A DNA stretch of 64,000 nt from an uncultured virus (IMG/VR IMGVR_UViG_3300034110_000988) (taxonomy: Duplodnaviria > Heunggongvirae > Uroviricota > Caudoviricetes): IMG/VR virus record IMGVR_UViG_3300034110_000988. One strand, 5' to 3'. Positions 19,490 to 28,921 of this stretch are shown in pieces; within the stretch, counting starts at the first letter, position 1; each line of letters opens with the position of its first letter. A program made the translations under genes and the position numbers. Below the pieces are notes generated by a model. The model saw only the letters and a list, made by a program, of their open reading frames with translations. It was not told where the DNA came from and did not search any database.

Positions 19490-20017
19490 ATGACCACACT
19501 TAACTTTATACAGTCCAGTTTTAAAAACAGTCAAGCGACCATTTATCTGGCTCCCGACTTTGTGGATCTCTCTGTCACTGAGTTTCCGAATGGTATTCCG
19601 TTGGGTGGTCAATCTCTCAGTCCAGAAGATGCAGAAAGCTTTATTGCTAGCTTGCAACACTTTTTCACTGCATTTGTTGAAGATTTTGTTTATATGTTGG
19701 GGGATGACCCGGCCTATTTCAAAACCAAACATTTTACAGATCCTGTTGTGACCGTCACTGATGATTATGATTCCCGTCGCTGGTCGTCTGTTTATTGGGA
19801 CGGTCATTATGATGAAGTAAATGGAACTCGTTTGCTGCCTCATGTTAAGTTCCTTCCAGCCTTTGTAGATACGGAGGACGCAGGTTTCAGTCATGGCATT
19901 TCTGCTTTCAATCAGTTTTTTGAAACACAACAAGAAGCCTTTGACGCTTCGGTTAAGCTTGAAAACTTTATGAATGTGGTTCTAGCTGAATTGCTGTTGA
20001 AATACGTTAAGGTTTAA
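19490..20017 (+). CDS. hypothetical protein
   Basis: GAGG RBS, terminator. Confidence 0.7.
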   Translation: MTTLNFIQSSFKNSQATIYLAPDFVDLSVTEFPNGIPLGGQSLSPEDAESFIASLQHFFTAFVEDFVYMLGDDPAYFKTKHFTDPVVTVTDDYDSRRWSSVYWDGHYDEVNGTRLLPHVKFLPAFVDTEDAGFSHGISAFNQFFETQQEAFDASVKLENFMNVVLAELLLKYVKV

Positions 20018-20119
20018 TGTTAGATATCACTTCATAGAAAAAAGGTCACTTCGGTGGCCTTTTTTATTGTTTAAATAAACTCAATATGCTATTATCAAGA
20101 GATTATAAGGAGTTAGGTT

Positions 20120-20314
20120 ATGCTGATTAAAGAACATCCCGAAGACGAAACAATTGTTGGTAAAAGAGTCTGGAACAAAGCTCAAACTCAGGAAGGCACT
20201 GTTGTTCTCTTTGATCCAAAAGACCGCTATCCCAGCATTGATATTAAATGGGATGATGGACAACTGTCTCAGCGTTGCTTCATGATGAGTTTAGCTATTG
20301 AGCTTGTCGATTAA
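20120..20314 (+). CDS. small hypothetical protein
   Basis: AGGAG RBS. Confidence 0.65.
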   Translation: MLIKEHPEDETIVGKRVWNKAQTQEGTVVLFDPKDRYPSIDIKWDDGQLSQRCFMMSLAIELVD

Positions 20315-20387
20315 CCATCAAAACAATGATTGCTTTATTGCTCTATTTTTGGTAAAATATGGCATATTCTCTATTACATAGGTAACG

Positions 20388-20855
20388 ATGATGAGCCAGA
20401 TTGAAGTCAGCCAAGAAAATTTGAAAAACTTGATGGATAAACAATATAAGTTCCATGCGTTGCTTGGTAAGCTGGAACATATGTCACCACAAATCAAAGC
20501 AGATTTTGAAGAACTTAAACAGGCGGTGCATGATCTTTTCAAAGATCATCGTCAACGAGAAGATGAAGCCCAAGCCAATAAGTCAGACATGTTTGACAAA
20601 ATCAGTGAAGCTAATGGGTTTAAAAGCATTTGGTCGATTTATGAAGTTGATGATATTAACGCTGTTTTTGGCTATGTTGAAGGTGTTGAGTATGCAGGCT
20701 GCTCTGAACAGGTTGGAACAGAAATCACTTGGCTCCAATTGTGGGCGATTGCAGACCGCTTGATTGAAGAGTCTGGTGATGATCATCACATCTTTATTGA
20801 GAACTTTGCAAAAAAAGACAACGAACATATGCATCGACTGATTACGGGTAGTTGA
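20388..20855 (+). CDS. hypothetical phage-type protein
   Basis: ORF; TWLQLW..AD.LI..SGD.HHIFIE motif. Confidence 0.75.
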   Translation: MMSQIEVSQENLKNLMDKQYKFHALLGKLEHMSPQIKADFEELKQAVHDLFKDHRQREDEAQANKSDMFDKISEANGFKSIWSIYEVDDINAVFGYVEGVEYAGCSEQVGTEITWLQLWAIADRLIEESGDDHHIFIENFAKKDNEHMHRLITGS

Positions 20856-20921
20856 TTCTCAGTTTCCTATTAACCATGAACGCTTACAGTGTGTAAGCGT
20901 TTTATTATTTTTGGGGTCTTC

Positions 20922-21427
20922 ATGTCAATTAAAATTTCCCACGAAAACATTAGTAATCTTGAATCAGCCAGTAAACTCATTGACAACCTTCGGGAAAAAA
21001 TGGCTAACATGAATGATGGGGTTCTGGCTGATTTTGATGTCATAACTCAATCAGTTATGGCGATTTTGTTAACGAACACTCATACAACGCTAAATTGGCA
21101 TCGAGTAATTTCAAGTTATTTAACAAAGACTATGAAATTCACCGTACTAATTATTATATGCAGTCTTATTTTTGTGTTGAGCATTATCAAACAAGCAATA
21201 GCTCGCATGGTTATGACACAACCAATCTTGAACATGAATCAGCTTTTGTAGATAATATCATTATTAATGGCAAAAAAGAATTTGTTGGACGTAATCTCTC
21301 TACATTGGAAATTTGGCTTTTAGCTGATCGTCGTCTTGCGGGGATTAGTGATTATATTGTTTGTGTTGATGAAATGAATCTTCTACCCAATAGCCGAGAT
21401 TATGAAATCATTCACAGTTTGCATTGA
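20922..21427 (+). pseudogene. frameshifted paralog of 20388..20855
   Basis: N-terminal half in one frame, C-terminal half (LEIWLLADRRL) in the -1 frame; break near 21055. Confidence 0.65.
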
Positions 21428-21563
21428 AAAAATAGTTTAAAAAAAAAGATTGACTAAACAGTTTTAAATTGTTATGATTACTGTATTAAAGCCCACGGCG
21501 GTTTTCCTCATTGGAGTATGTTGATTTTTTGACATATAACGTAAAAGTTACTGCTGTTTATTT

Positions 21564-21637
21564 GCGGAATTGGCATAGTGGCTGTGCTCCAGCCTTCCAA
21601 GCTGGCTACACGAGTTCGATCCTCGTATTCCGCTCCA
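21564..21637 (+). tRNA. tRNA-Gly(TCC)
   Basis: GCGGAAT/ATTCCGC, CCAGC-CTTCCAA-GCTGG, TCCA end. Confidence 0.95.
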
Positions 21638-21649
21638 GATTTGAAAGTA

Positions 21650-21740
21650 ATGGTGCTAAGGTATGCCCATGTAAAAAAAAGAAAGCCTGTAGATAAGATG
21701 TGGTGCCAGAGATAAGCCCACGCTAAAAAAAGAAATACTC
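21650..21740 (+). repeat. two 50-nt-period structured repeats (putative pseudoknot ncRNA)
   Basis: RTGGTGC-N8/9-GCCCAY-G(C)T-A7/8-GAAA occurs twice, with compensatory changes. Confidence 0.6.
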
Positions 21741-21748
21741 AATAGAAT

Positions 21749-21772
21749 GAGCCTCGAAAGAGGTTTTTTTTT
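21749..21772 (+). terminator. intrinsic terminator of tRNA-Gly transcript
   Basis: GAGCCTC-GAAA-GAGGTTT plus T run. Confidence 0.8.
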
Positions 21773-21839
21773 GCTTCCATTTTAGTTGAGTATTTTTTCA
21801 AAATATGTAAAAAGACATCAGTAGATGTCTTTTACTCTT

Positions 21840-22226
21840 TTATGCATCTTCATTTATAAGTTTATCTTTGTTTTCATCCATCCATTGATACAACGACTCT
21901 TCACCATAATGACCCAGATCTTTCATGTTTTTTAATTCTGTGTAGTCTTCTTTCAATTGGTTCTTATCTTTCACTCGATAAATATAAACTCGATAACTAT
22001 ACATGAAATTCTTGGTATACTCATTTTCAATTTCTTGAATAGCTTGTTCAGTATCATCAATTAAAAGGATATCAGTAATCCCGCAAAATTGATCACGCAT
22101 TTCCACAAGAACCAGTAACTTTGGTTTTTCAAACAAAGCCGCTTCCATCATCTTTTTGAGTTCATCTTTTTTGATTTCAATCGTTCGCTCAAGATCTCGA
22201 ATTTCTTCTTTAAATTGCTCAATCAT
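21840..22226 (-). CDS. hypothetical protein
   Basis: GAGG RBS on minus strand. Confidence 0.7.
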   Translation of the reverse strand: MIEQFKEEIRDLERTIEIKKDELKKMMEAALFEKPKLLVLVEMRDQFCGITDILLIDDTEQAIQEIENEYTKNFMYSYRVYIYRVKDKNQLKEDYTELKNMKDLGHYGEESLYQWMDENKDKLINEDA

Positions 22227-22362
22227 TTGTTAGTCCTCAATATGAAAATTGCACTCTTAATTTTATCACAAAAAATATCAATCAACAAGAATAATCCTAT
22301 TTTCTTGACGATTTTGGTGAAATTTGATATACTATGGGTCTGTTATTTCAAAGGAATTTTTT

Positions 22363-22872
22363 ATGAAAAATAAAACCTATTTTACGATTGTTCAAAATTT
22401 GGATCTTAAAGACCTCGAAATGCGTCGATTTAGAGAGGTTGTGCAGCCTAATGAGCTTTTGTCTGCGTTCCATTCCTTTGCTCCGTCTATGGGAGTTTCT
22501 AGTGATCTTATTCAAATGCCGCTGGATTATGGTTTTATTATTCAAGAAAAAATTTCAGATGGTCATAAATTTAATAGTTTAGGCCGACCAAACTACTTGG
22601 GTCGTTTTGATTTCAATCGACTTGAATCAGCTTTGGAGTTTTCCTACAAGGCTAACAGGTCTATCTATGATGCGATTAATGCTCGCTTGGCGAAAGCTCA
22701 AACGCTTAATCTGAGAAAGGCTTTTTACTCAATGGCGGTTCTGTCTAAAGACAAACAACAAAAACACCAGCATTATCTTGAAACCATTGCCAAACTTCAA
22801 GAGATTGGTGACGGACAGCCAAGCTTCTTTGATTTTCATAAGCATGTTCATGTTGAGTTTGCTCAGCGATAA
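22363..22872 (+). CDS. hypothetical protein
   Basis: AGGA RBS, promoter. Confidence 0.7.
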   Translation: MKNKTYFTIVQNLDLKDLEMRRFREVVQPNELLSAFHSFAPSMGVSSDLIQMPLDYGFIIQEKISDGHKFNSLGRPNYLGRFDFNRLESALEFSYKANRSIYDAINARLAKAQTLNLRKAFYSMAVLSKDKQQKHQHYLETIAKLQEIGDGQPSFFDFHKHVHVEFAQR

Positions 22873-22922
22873 TGATATAATAGTCCATTAAAACAGGTTA
22901 ATCGATCTGTTCACCAAAGGAT

Positions 22923-23255
22923 ATGATAATGACTTCTATTTATGATCAGCTTACACCAGCACAAGTGGCTATTGTTGAACCCGTTTCAAATGAACTGCAG
23001 GAACGGTTCTTTGATGTGGTTGGACGCTTGAATGAGCCAGATTACTTGGGAGAATTCAAAGTAGAAGCTTACAAGGCTGCTTTGTTCTTGAATAAAGATA
23101 CTAAGGTTCCACTTTTCCTGACCTACAAGTATATTCGTCAACAATATCTTCGGGTATCAGATCTTGATGTTTCCGAAGAATACAATGTTATTCATAACGC
23201 TGTAAAATTGGGTATTGCATTGCTTGAAGACTCTTTGAAAACAAAAAAAGGTTAA
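22923..23255 (+). CDS. hypothetical protein
   Basis: ORF with RBS. Confidence 0.7.
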   Translation: MIMTSIYDQLTPAQVAIVEPVSNELQERFFDVVGRLNEPDYLGEFKVEAYKAALFLNKDTKVPLFLTYKYIRQQYLRVSDLDVSEEYNVIHNAVKLGIALLEDSLKTKKG

Positions 23256-23259
23256 ACGT

Positions 23260-23646
23260 ATGAATATCAAACGTATGAACATTCAGTTTTACATGGAAGA
23301 CGAAGATATGCTTGAAGACCTTGTGGAAGATAGTCAACGCAATGGTCGCTATCTCCAGATTGATCCGATTGTTCATCGGGATGGTGTTTTTAAACGTGGG
23401 AAAGACTGTTGGTTTGAAATTCGTGGTCAAGCATTCACCTACGACAGTAAAATGTTTGACTTTGAGTTTAGTTTGCTGGATGTTCCATCACTTTCTACAA
23501 GTCAGTTCCAAGCTTTGAAAATGGTCATTGACCAAAAACTGGCAAGTGTTGAACAAAAGAAACTTTACCAGACGATTTCTTATAATTTGGAAGATTTACA
23601 GAAACGCTTGGAAATTTATAAATCGAATAAACAATTTGGTATTTAA
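23260..23646 (+). CDS. hypothetical protein, paralog of 3611..4045
   Basis: Shared motifs with 3611..4045. Confidence 0.8.
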   Translation: MNIKRMNIQFYMEDEDMLEDLVEDSQRNGRYLQIDPIVHRDGVFKRGKDCWFEIRGQAFTYDSKMFDFEFSLLDVPSLSTSQFQALKMVIDQKLASVEQKKLYQTISYNLEDLQKRLEIYKSNKQFGI

Positions 23647-23766
23647 TCAATTCTTCATTTTAGACATAAAGATTGGTTTGAAATTAATATTCAAGTAGAA
23701 CCAGCGGTTGACGCTTAGCTGCAGGTTTGATATACTCTCAACACTTAATCAGATAGAGGTATCATC

Positions 23767-24279
23767 ATGGAACATCAAGAAAGCAAAATTGCAAAAATTC
23801 ATTCTCTTGCTCAGATTCCAAATCTTTCCAACTACATTTTTTGGTCGCGTCCCGGTAATGGTACATTGCATTGCTTGAGCAACCACTTTGATGCGGACAA
23901 ATATCATGTCCATCGCATCATTACACCACATATTTCAACCTTCGATTTGAAACCACTGCCTGTCCTTGGTCAACAAGGTGATGTGAACTATGTTATTTCA
24001 AACGAATTTCAAGAGATCTTGAAAGCTCGTGATGTTGATGGTAAAAAATTGGTGCTCATTTTTGATGAGATTTCTAATGCTACCGAGTCTGGTGCCAATG
24101 CACTTTATAACGCAGCGATTCATCGTAAATTTGGTGACATTGAATTGAATGACGATGATCTTGTTATTTGTACGGGCATGTGTGACCCTAATGACAACCC
24201 TTACTTTGGAAACCTTTCTCGGCCATTTTACAATCGGATGTCTCACTGCATCCTTGAATTGAAGCCTTCAATGGCGTAA
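23767..24279 (+). CDS. stand-alone MoxR-like AAA+ domain with degenerate Walker A
   Basis: Walker B LIFDEI, VICTG sensor 1, NR arginine finger; P-loop SRPGNGTL lacks the Lys. Confidence 0.7.
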   Translation: MEHQESKIAKIHSLAQIPNLSNYIFWSRPGNGTLHCLSNHFDADKYHVHRIITPHISTFDLKPLPVLGQQGDVNYVISNEFQEILKARDVDGKKLVLIFDEISNATESGANALYNAAIHRKFGDIELNDDDLVICTGMCDPNDNPYFGNLSRPFYNRMSHCILELKPSMA

Positions 24280-24409
24280 TTCATTCGATAACCTTCAAGC
24301 ACTAAAAGAGGCCGTTAAAGCCTCTTTTTTTATGTCAATATCATTGTTATTTTAGTTGTGATATGTTATAATCATCACCTAAATAGATATTTTTAAAGGG
24401 TCTTAATCA

Positions 24410-24931
24410 ATGACAACACTTAATCGTCAAATTTTTGCCATCGTGAATACTGATAAAACCAAAGTGCTCACAGAGATTGGCTGGGTGGGTCTTTTCCTTT
24501 CAGATCCCATTTCGACAGACGAACTGATTAAGAAGCTGTATGACAATATTCCGGCTCAAGAATTTATGTATGAGCGACGTTCTGATTCTTATGACTATAT
24601 CCAGTATTATTCTTCTTTTTCACGGGCGTCAGCAGTAATCTATGAAGCCAGCACCCGGAGCAACAATCCAATTACAGAACCGATGTGCATTATTGTGATT
24701 GATATCAATATATCATCCAGTGTTCAAACGCTTCCAGTGTTTAAAAACCCTCAAGATTTTGCGTTCCTTGACCAATTTGAAAGCTTGGTGAGTGGTCACC
24801 TCAATATGCCACTGGACACTATTAAAAGCTATCGAAATAAAGATTTTGTAGGTTACACGAACAAACCTCTTCAACGAGCTTATACCTCTTGGCTGAATTT
24901 GACTTTAAACAATTTAGAGGAATCTGAATAA
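24410..24931 (+). CDS. hypothetical protein
   Basis: ORF after TGTTATAAT. Confidence 0.7.
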   Translation: MTTLNRQIFAIVNTDKTKVLTEIGWVGLFLSDPISTDELIKKLYDNIPAQEFMYERRSDSYDYIQYYSSFSRASAVIYEASTRSNNPITEPMCIIVIDINISSSVQTLPVFKNPQDFAFLDQFESLVSGHLNMPLDTIKSYRNKDFVGYTNKPLQRAYTSWLNLTLNNLEESE

Positions 24932-25218
24932 TGAAAACGAATCATAATCGTGGTTTTAAAGATGACAAAGCACCTCGGGCTGTTTTTTCTCGCTATATTG
25001 TCTTCGGTCAATGTGTCGCACTTCCGTTGTCTGACCGTTCTGTTTCCGCAAGCGTGACGTGTGGTGATCACACCAATGGCAAACGTGGGATTGCACGGGA
25101 TCGTCGGGGAGCTAAAAAATATATTAACTCTCGTAGTCGTTTCCATGAGAATGCTGCTTTGAAACGGCTAGTGAAAACCGTTGACCTTGATGATATTGAA
25201 CTTTCGGATCTTGATTAA
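24931..25218 (+). CDS. basic hypothetical protein
   Basis: GAGG RBS, translationally coupled start. Confidence 0.7.
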   Translation: MKTNHNRGFKDDKAPRAVFSRYIVFGQCVALPLSDRSVSASVTCGDHTNGKRGIARDRRGAKKYINSRSRFHENAALKRLVKTVDLDDIELSDLD

Positions 25219-25244
25219 ATTTTTTTAAAGCTTTAGGAGTTTAT

Positions 25245-25601
25245 ATGAAAACTAAAAGTGTTCTTATTGGTACTGCACTTCTTGCTATTGCTATTGGTAT
25301 CGGATTTATTATTCGAGACGATCTCAAGCGGGAAAAAGCTTATGATGAGTATGTTCAGAAGGCACCTGAACGCAATAAACAAAAACTTTTGGAACCAGCA
25401 GAAATCGTTGGTGTCACGGATGATGGTCAAGAAGTTAAACGTGTTGTTATTGAGTATGTCAAACCAAAACCGTGTGACAGTTGTAAAGTATATCCAGAAA
25501 AGCACTTTATCTATTTTGTTGGAAAAGTAAAAACGGACAATGCCATTGTACCATCCGGCAAATCAACGAAAATTGAGCCGCGTGTGACCGTCGAGCAATA
25601 A
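25245..25601 (+). CDS. membrane-anchored hypothetical protein
   Basis: N-terminal TM segment, CxxC. Confidence 0.7.
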   Translation: MKTKSVLIGTALLAIAIGIGFIIRDDLKREKAYDEYVQKAPERNKQKLLEPAEIVGVTDDGQEVKRVVIEYVKPKPCDSCKVYPEKHFIYFVGKVKTDNAIVPSGKSTKIEPRVTVEQ

Positions 25602-25681
25602 ACAGCCCTTCGGGGCTTTTTTTGACTGTATGTCTTGATTGTGGTATAATCATTATCACGTTTTCTATCAGGTATTTCAAA

Positions 25682-26149
25682 ATGACACTAGCCACTGAAT
25701 TGAAAAAAATCAAGAAAATTCCTTACAAAGTTGCTGGTATCTCTGAAAAACTGGCAATGATTGAAGCTTTGCTGGTTAATGACACATCCCTTCATAAGTG
25801 GTGGGTGGCGAATATAGTTTTCGACCGAACTCGTATGAGTAAGTCTGTGCTGTCTTGCGATGTTAAATACCAAATTCAATACCATCTTAACAACGTGGAT
25901 TGCACTCTTAGTGCTAAAGCTGATGCCGTGAGTTCACTGGTGGCTAATTATGAGCAGTTTGTTGATGTGGATTTACTTGTCAAAGAAGTTTTTGGTGATC
26001 TCTATCCAGCTATCATTGAGCAAATCAACCAGAATAAAATTGAACATGAAGAATTTCAGGAACGGATTCAAACTATACCTGCCAACTCAACAATGACTGA
26101 TGTTGCGGCAGTAATGTTACAAGTACAAGAAGACATGAAAAAAATCTAA
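25682..26149 (+). CDS. hypothetical protein (ends EDMKKI)
   Basis: ORF after promoter. Confidence 0.7.
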   Translation: MTLATELKKIKKIPYKVAGISEKLAMIEALLVNDTSLHKWWVANIVFDRTRMSKSVLSCDVKYQIQYHLNNVDCTLSAKADAVSSLVANYEQFVDVDLLVKEVFGDLYPAIIEQINQNKIEHEEFQERIQTIPANSTMTDVAAVMLQVQEDMKKI

Positions 26150-26258
26150 AAATATTATTTGTCAAACGTATATTTTAATGCTATAATTCTTTATAGAAAA
26201 TAGCCGCTTGTTCTAGTGGCTGTATCATCAGTAAATTCCATTATTAGAGACGACCACC

Positions 26259-26522
26259 ATGATTAAGAAAATTGTGTCTTTTTTTGATCTTATCAAAGAG
26301 CATATCCACCTAGATCGCCTTGAAACCAAGGCTAGAAAATGCGTATCCCACCTTGAAGACATGGCTGAACGTCAGTTGTGCATGGATAACTTTAATCTAT
26401 GGTTGTCGATCTATCAAAAGAAGTCTATCGAGCTTCGAGAAATCATGAAACATGGCACCAGCGAACGCCGTGAAAAATTAGAATCGTTTATTGAAAAGGT
26501 TCAAAACAAATACCTTTCATAA
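26259..26522 (+). CDS. hypothetical protein
   Basis: ORF. Confidence 0.65.
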   Translation: MIKKIVSFFDLIKEHIHLDRLETKARKCVSHLEDMAERQLCMDNFNLWLSIYQKKSIELREIMKHGTSERREKLESFIEKVQNKYLS

Positions 26523-26532
26523 GGAGTTGACC

Positions 26533-26721
26533 ATGCAAACCAGAATTGTAGAAGTCTTTGATCGTCAAGCGAATCGACAACGTTATTTTTGTCAATATCG
26601 CTGGCTTCTTTGGTGGAAGACTATTAGAAATCCATTAGTAAAAGAACCTACTTGTGCTTTTAGTGGTGGATACGTCACTCGTAGAGCCGCTGAACATGTG
26701 ATTCGTTCTTTTACACATTAA
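26533..26721 (+). CDS. small hypothetical protein
   Basis: AGGAG RBS; QYRWLLWWK. Confidence 0.7.
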   Translation: MQTRIVEVFDRQANRQRYFCQYRWLLWWKTIRNPLVKEPTCAFSGGYVTRRAAEHVIRSFTH

Positions 26722-26852
26722 GTTCAAACTTAACGTATAATAAATCAAATAAATGTAAACTAAATCACTCTTAGATGAGTGGTTTTTTGCTGCAGTAGAT
26801 TATTTATTTTTCTATGTTATATTTTCTAGTTAACATAACTAGGAGATATACA

Positions 26853-27389
26853 ATGACTAATAATAACTTATCACTTGATGCATCCGCTCAAACAAAAGAT
26901 CAACTTTTCATGATTCATTTATTTAAAAACAACAGTCATTTAACCAGTCTTTACAAAAAGTTTGGTACCGTTATGGCTAGACTAGCTAAGGTTGGTGAAG
27001 AAATTGTCACATTGATTGATGGTAAAGTTGAAACTAACAACACAGCCAAGGAAAATGATGTCATCGTTAAAGGCTTAAAAGATGAAGAGTATATTATAGG
27101 TCATGAGAAATTTAAATTGCGTTACACCGTCGATAAACCTGTAACTGATACGTTTACTGCTTATGAACCTAATGGTACTTGTATAGCCTACGAATATACT
27201 GGAGCTAGTTTTGTATTTAAAGCACCGTGGGATGAGGACATGATTGTCAATCATGGGGATTTTCTTGCAACCATTGATGAAAGTGTTCCAGAAGTATATC
27301 GAATCGAACGAAATGCTTTTTTCAAGACTTACAAGAAGGTCGTGGACTTGAATGACGATGAGAATTCTGTTATACTATCGACTAATTAA
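26853..27389 (+). CDS. PGDYG-like tandem-repeat protein
   Basis: Two repeats: A...D.IV.G...E.Y.I...KF...Y and APW.E.M....GD.L......YRI....F..TY. Confidence 0.65.
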   Translation: MTNNNLSLDASAQTKDQLFMIHLFKNNSHLTSLYKKFGTVMARLAKVGEEIVTLIDGKVETNNTAKENDVIVKGLKDEEYIIGHEKFKLRYTVDKPVTDTFTAYEPNGTCIAYEYTGASFVFKAPWDEDMIVNHGDFLATIDESVPEVYRIERNAFFKTYKKVVDLNDDENSVILSTN

Positions 27390-27409
27390 TCAGCCATCAA
27401 GGTGTTGAA

Positions 27410-27769
27410 ATGACTCGCAAAGCAAAAGTTGAAAAACCAGAAAAAATTACAGAATTGACTAAAAAACGCAAAATTGAAGATCGCCATGAAATGATTCGTG
27501 GTATTACTGATTGTCAATCACTTGCTGAAATCAAGATTCTGGTTGATTCTTTGATTGGTGATTATGGTGACGCTGCCAAGGTCAATTTTGATGCTGGTCA
27601 CAACAACATCAGCGAAGAAATTGTTGTTGTTCGTGATGAGACTGATGCCGAAGTCAATGCTCGGATTGATAAAGAAATCGAAGCTTTGATTAAAAAAGAA
27701 ATTGCCATCAAAAAAGAAGGTACCACAATTGCTGATGACATACAAAGCCTTATGAAAGCTAAAAACTGA
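27410..27769 (+). CDS. hypothetical protein
   Basis: ORF; R.ETD.E...R motif. Confidence 0.7.
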   Translation: MTRKAKVEKPEKITELTKKRKIEDRHEMIRGITDCQSLAEIKILVDSLIGDYGDAAKVNFDAGHNNISEEIVVVRDETDAEVNARIDKEIEALIKKEIAIKKEGTTIADDIQSLMKAKN

Positions 27770-27869
27770 TTTTTGTTCTCAAATAAACCGCCTTCTTGGC
27801 GGTTTTTTGTTGCTTAATAGGTTCTTTCTTGTTATAATGGCTCCATCAAACATCATAGGAATTACGACC

Positions 27870-28793
27870 ATGTTTAAAGTTTTCACTCACTCTCAACAAT
27901 TTCACATTGACGAACTCATCGCCATTGCTCTTTTGAGCGAGTATCACTTTGACAAAACCAAAGGGAATGAAAAAGGTCTATACACCGTAGTCCGAACCCG
28001 TGATGAAAAAATTCTCGAAGAAGCTCGTAAAGATCCAGAAGCTTTTGTGATTGACGTGGGTGGTGTTTATGACCCAGCCATGTTGAACTTTGACCACCAC
28101 CAGAATGATCCTAACCTGTGCTGGCCGGATGGTTTGCCTTATTCTTCTTGTGGTATCGTTTGGAAATGGTTGCGTGAAACCAAGAAACTTCACCAGCACA
28201 TGAACGAAGACACCATGAATATTTTCGAAAATGATTTGATTCGTCGTGTCGATAAACATGATAACGGTTTGGAAAAAATGTCTGAACTCATTCTGCTTAT
28301 CATGTATAACCGCAAACCTGATGATCCACGGGCACAAGACCGTCAGTTCAAAATGGCTTCGCGTGCTGCAAAAGACTACTTGAAAAACTACTTTACTTAC
28401 GTTCGTGGCAACATGAAAGCTGAAAAAGAAATCGTGAAAGCGATTGAATCAAGCAAAGATTACAAAGATATTGTTGTTTGTGAAAGCAACGTGAAAGACG
28501 CTTCCAAGCGTATTGCTCAACTGACTGACAAGAAAATGGTAATCTACCCACACAGCAATGGTATGTGGGCGATTAAAACCGTGCCATCCGATCCACGCAA
28601 CGACTTTTCTCAGAAATGTCCTGCACCGAAAGAATGGTTGGGCTTGAAGGAAAAAGAACTGGAAGCCGTTTCTGGTATTCAAGGGCTTTACTTCTGCCAT
28701 AAAGGGGGCTTTTTGACCTTTTATCGCGGTTCGATTGAAGACGCAATCAAGGTGGCTCGCGTTATCATCTTGAAACATGAAGGCCATATGTAA
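27870..28793 (+). CDS. MYG1 (UPF0160) family nuclease
   Basis: THSQQFHIDE, VRTRD, IDVGGVYD...FDHHQ, FCHKGGF. Confidence 0.93.
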   Translation: MFKVFTHSQQFHIDELIAIALLSEYHFDKTKGNEKGLYTVVRTRDEKILEEARKDPEAFVIDVGGVYDPAMLNFDHHQNDPNLCWPDGLPYSSCGIVWKWLRETKKLHQHMNEDTMNIFENDLIRRVDKHDNGLEKMSELILLIMYNRKPDDPRAQDRQFKMASRAAKDYLKNYFTYVRGNMKAEKEIVKAIESSKDYKDIVVCESNVKDASKRIAQLTDKKMVIYPHSNGMWAIKTVPSDPRNDFSQKCPAPKEWLGLKEKELEAVSGIQGLYFCHKGGFLTFYRGSIEDAIKVARVIILKHEGHM

Positions 28794-28921
28794 CACGGCC
28801 TAAATGGTAAACCACAAGAAAGCACTCAATGAGTGCTTTTTTTGTGCTTAACATTAAGCAGGTGCATTCATCTATTTTTTATGGTATAATGACGGCTCGA
28901 TTTACCATTAACAGGTGACTT

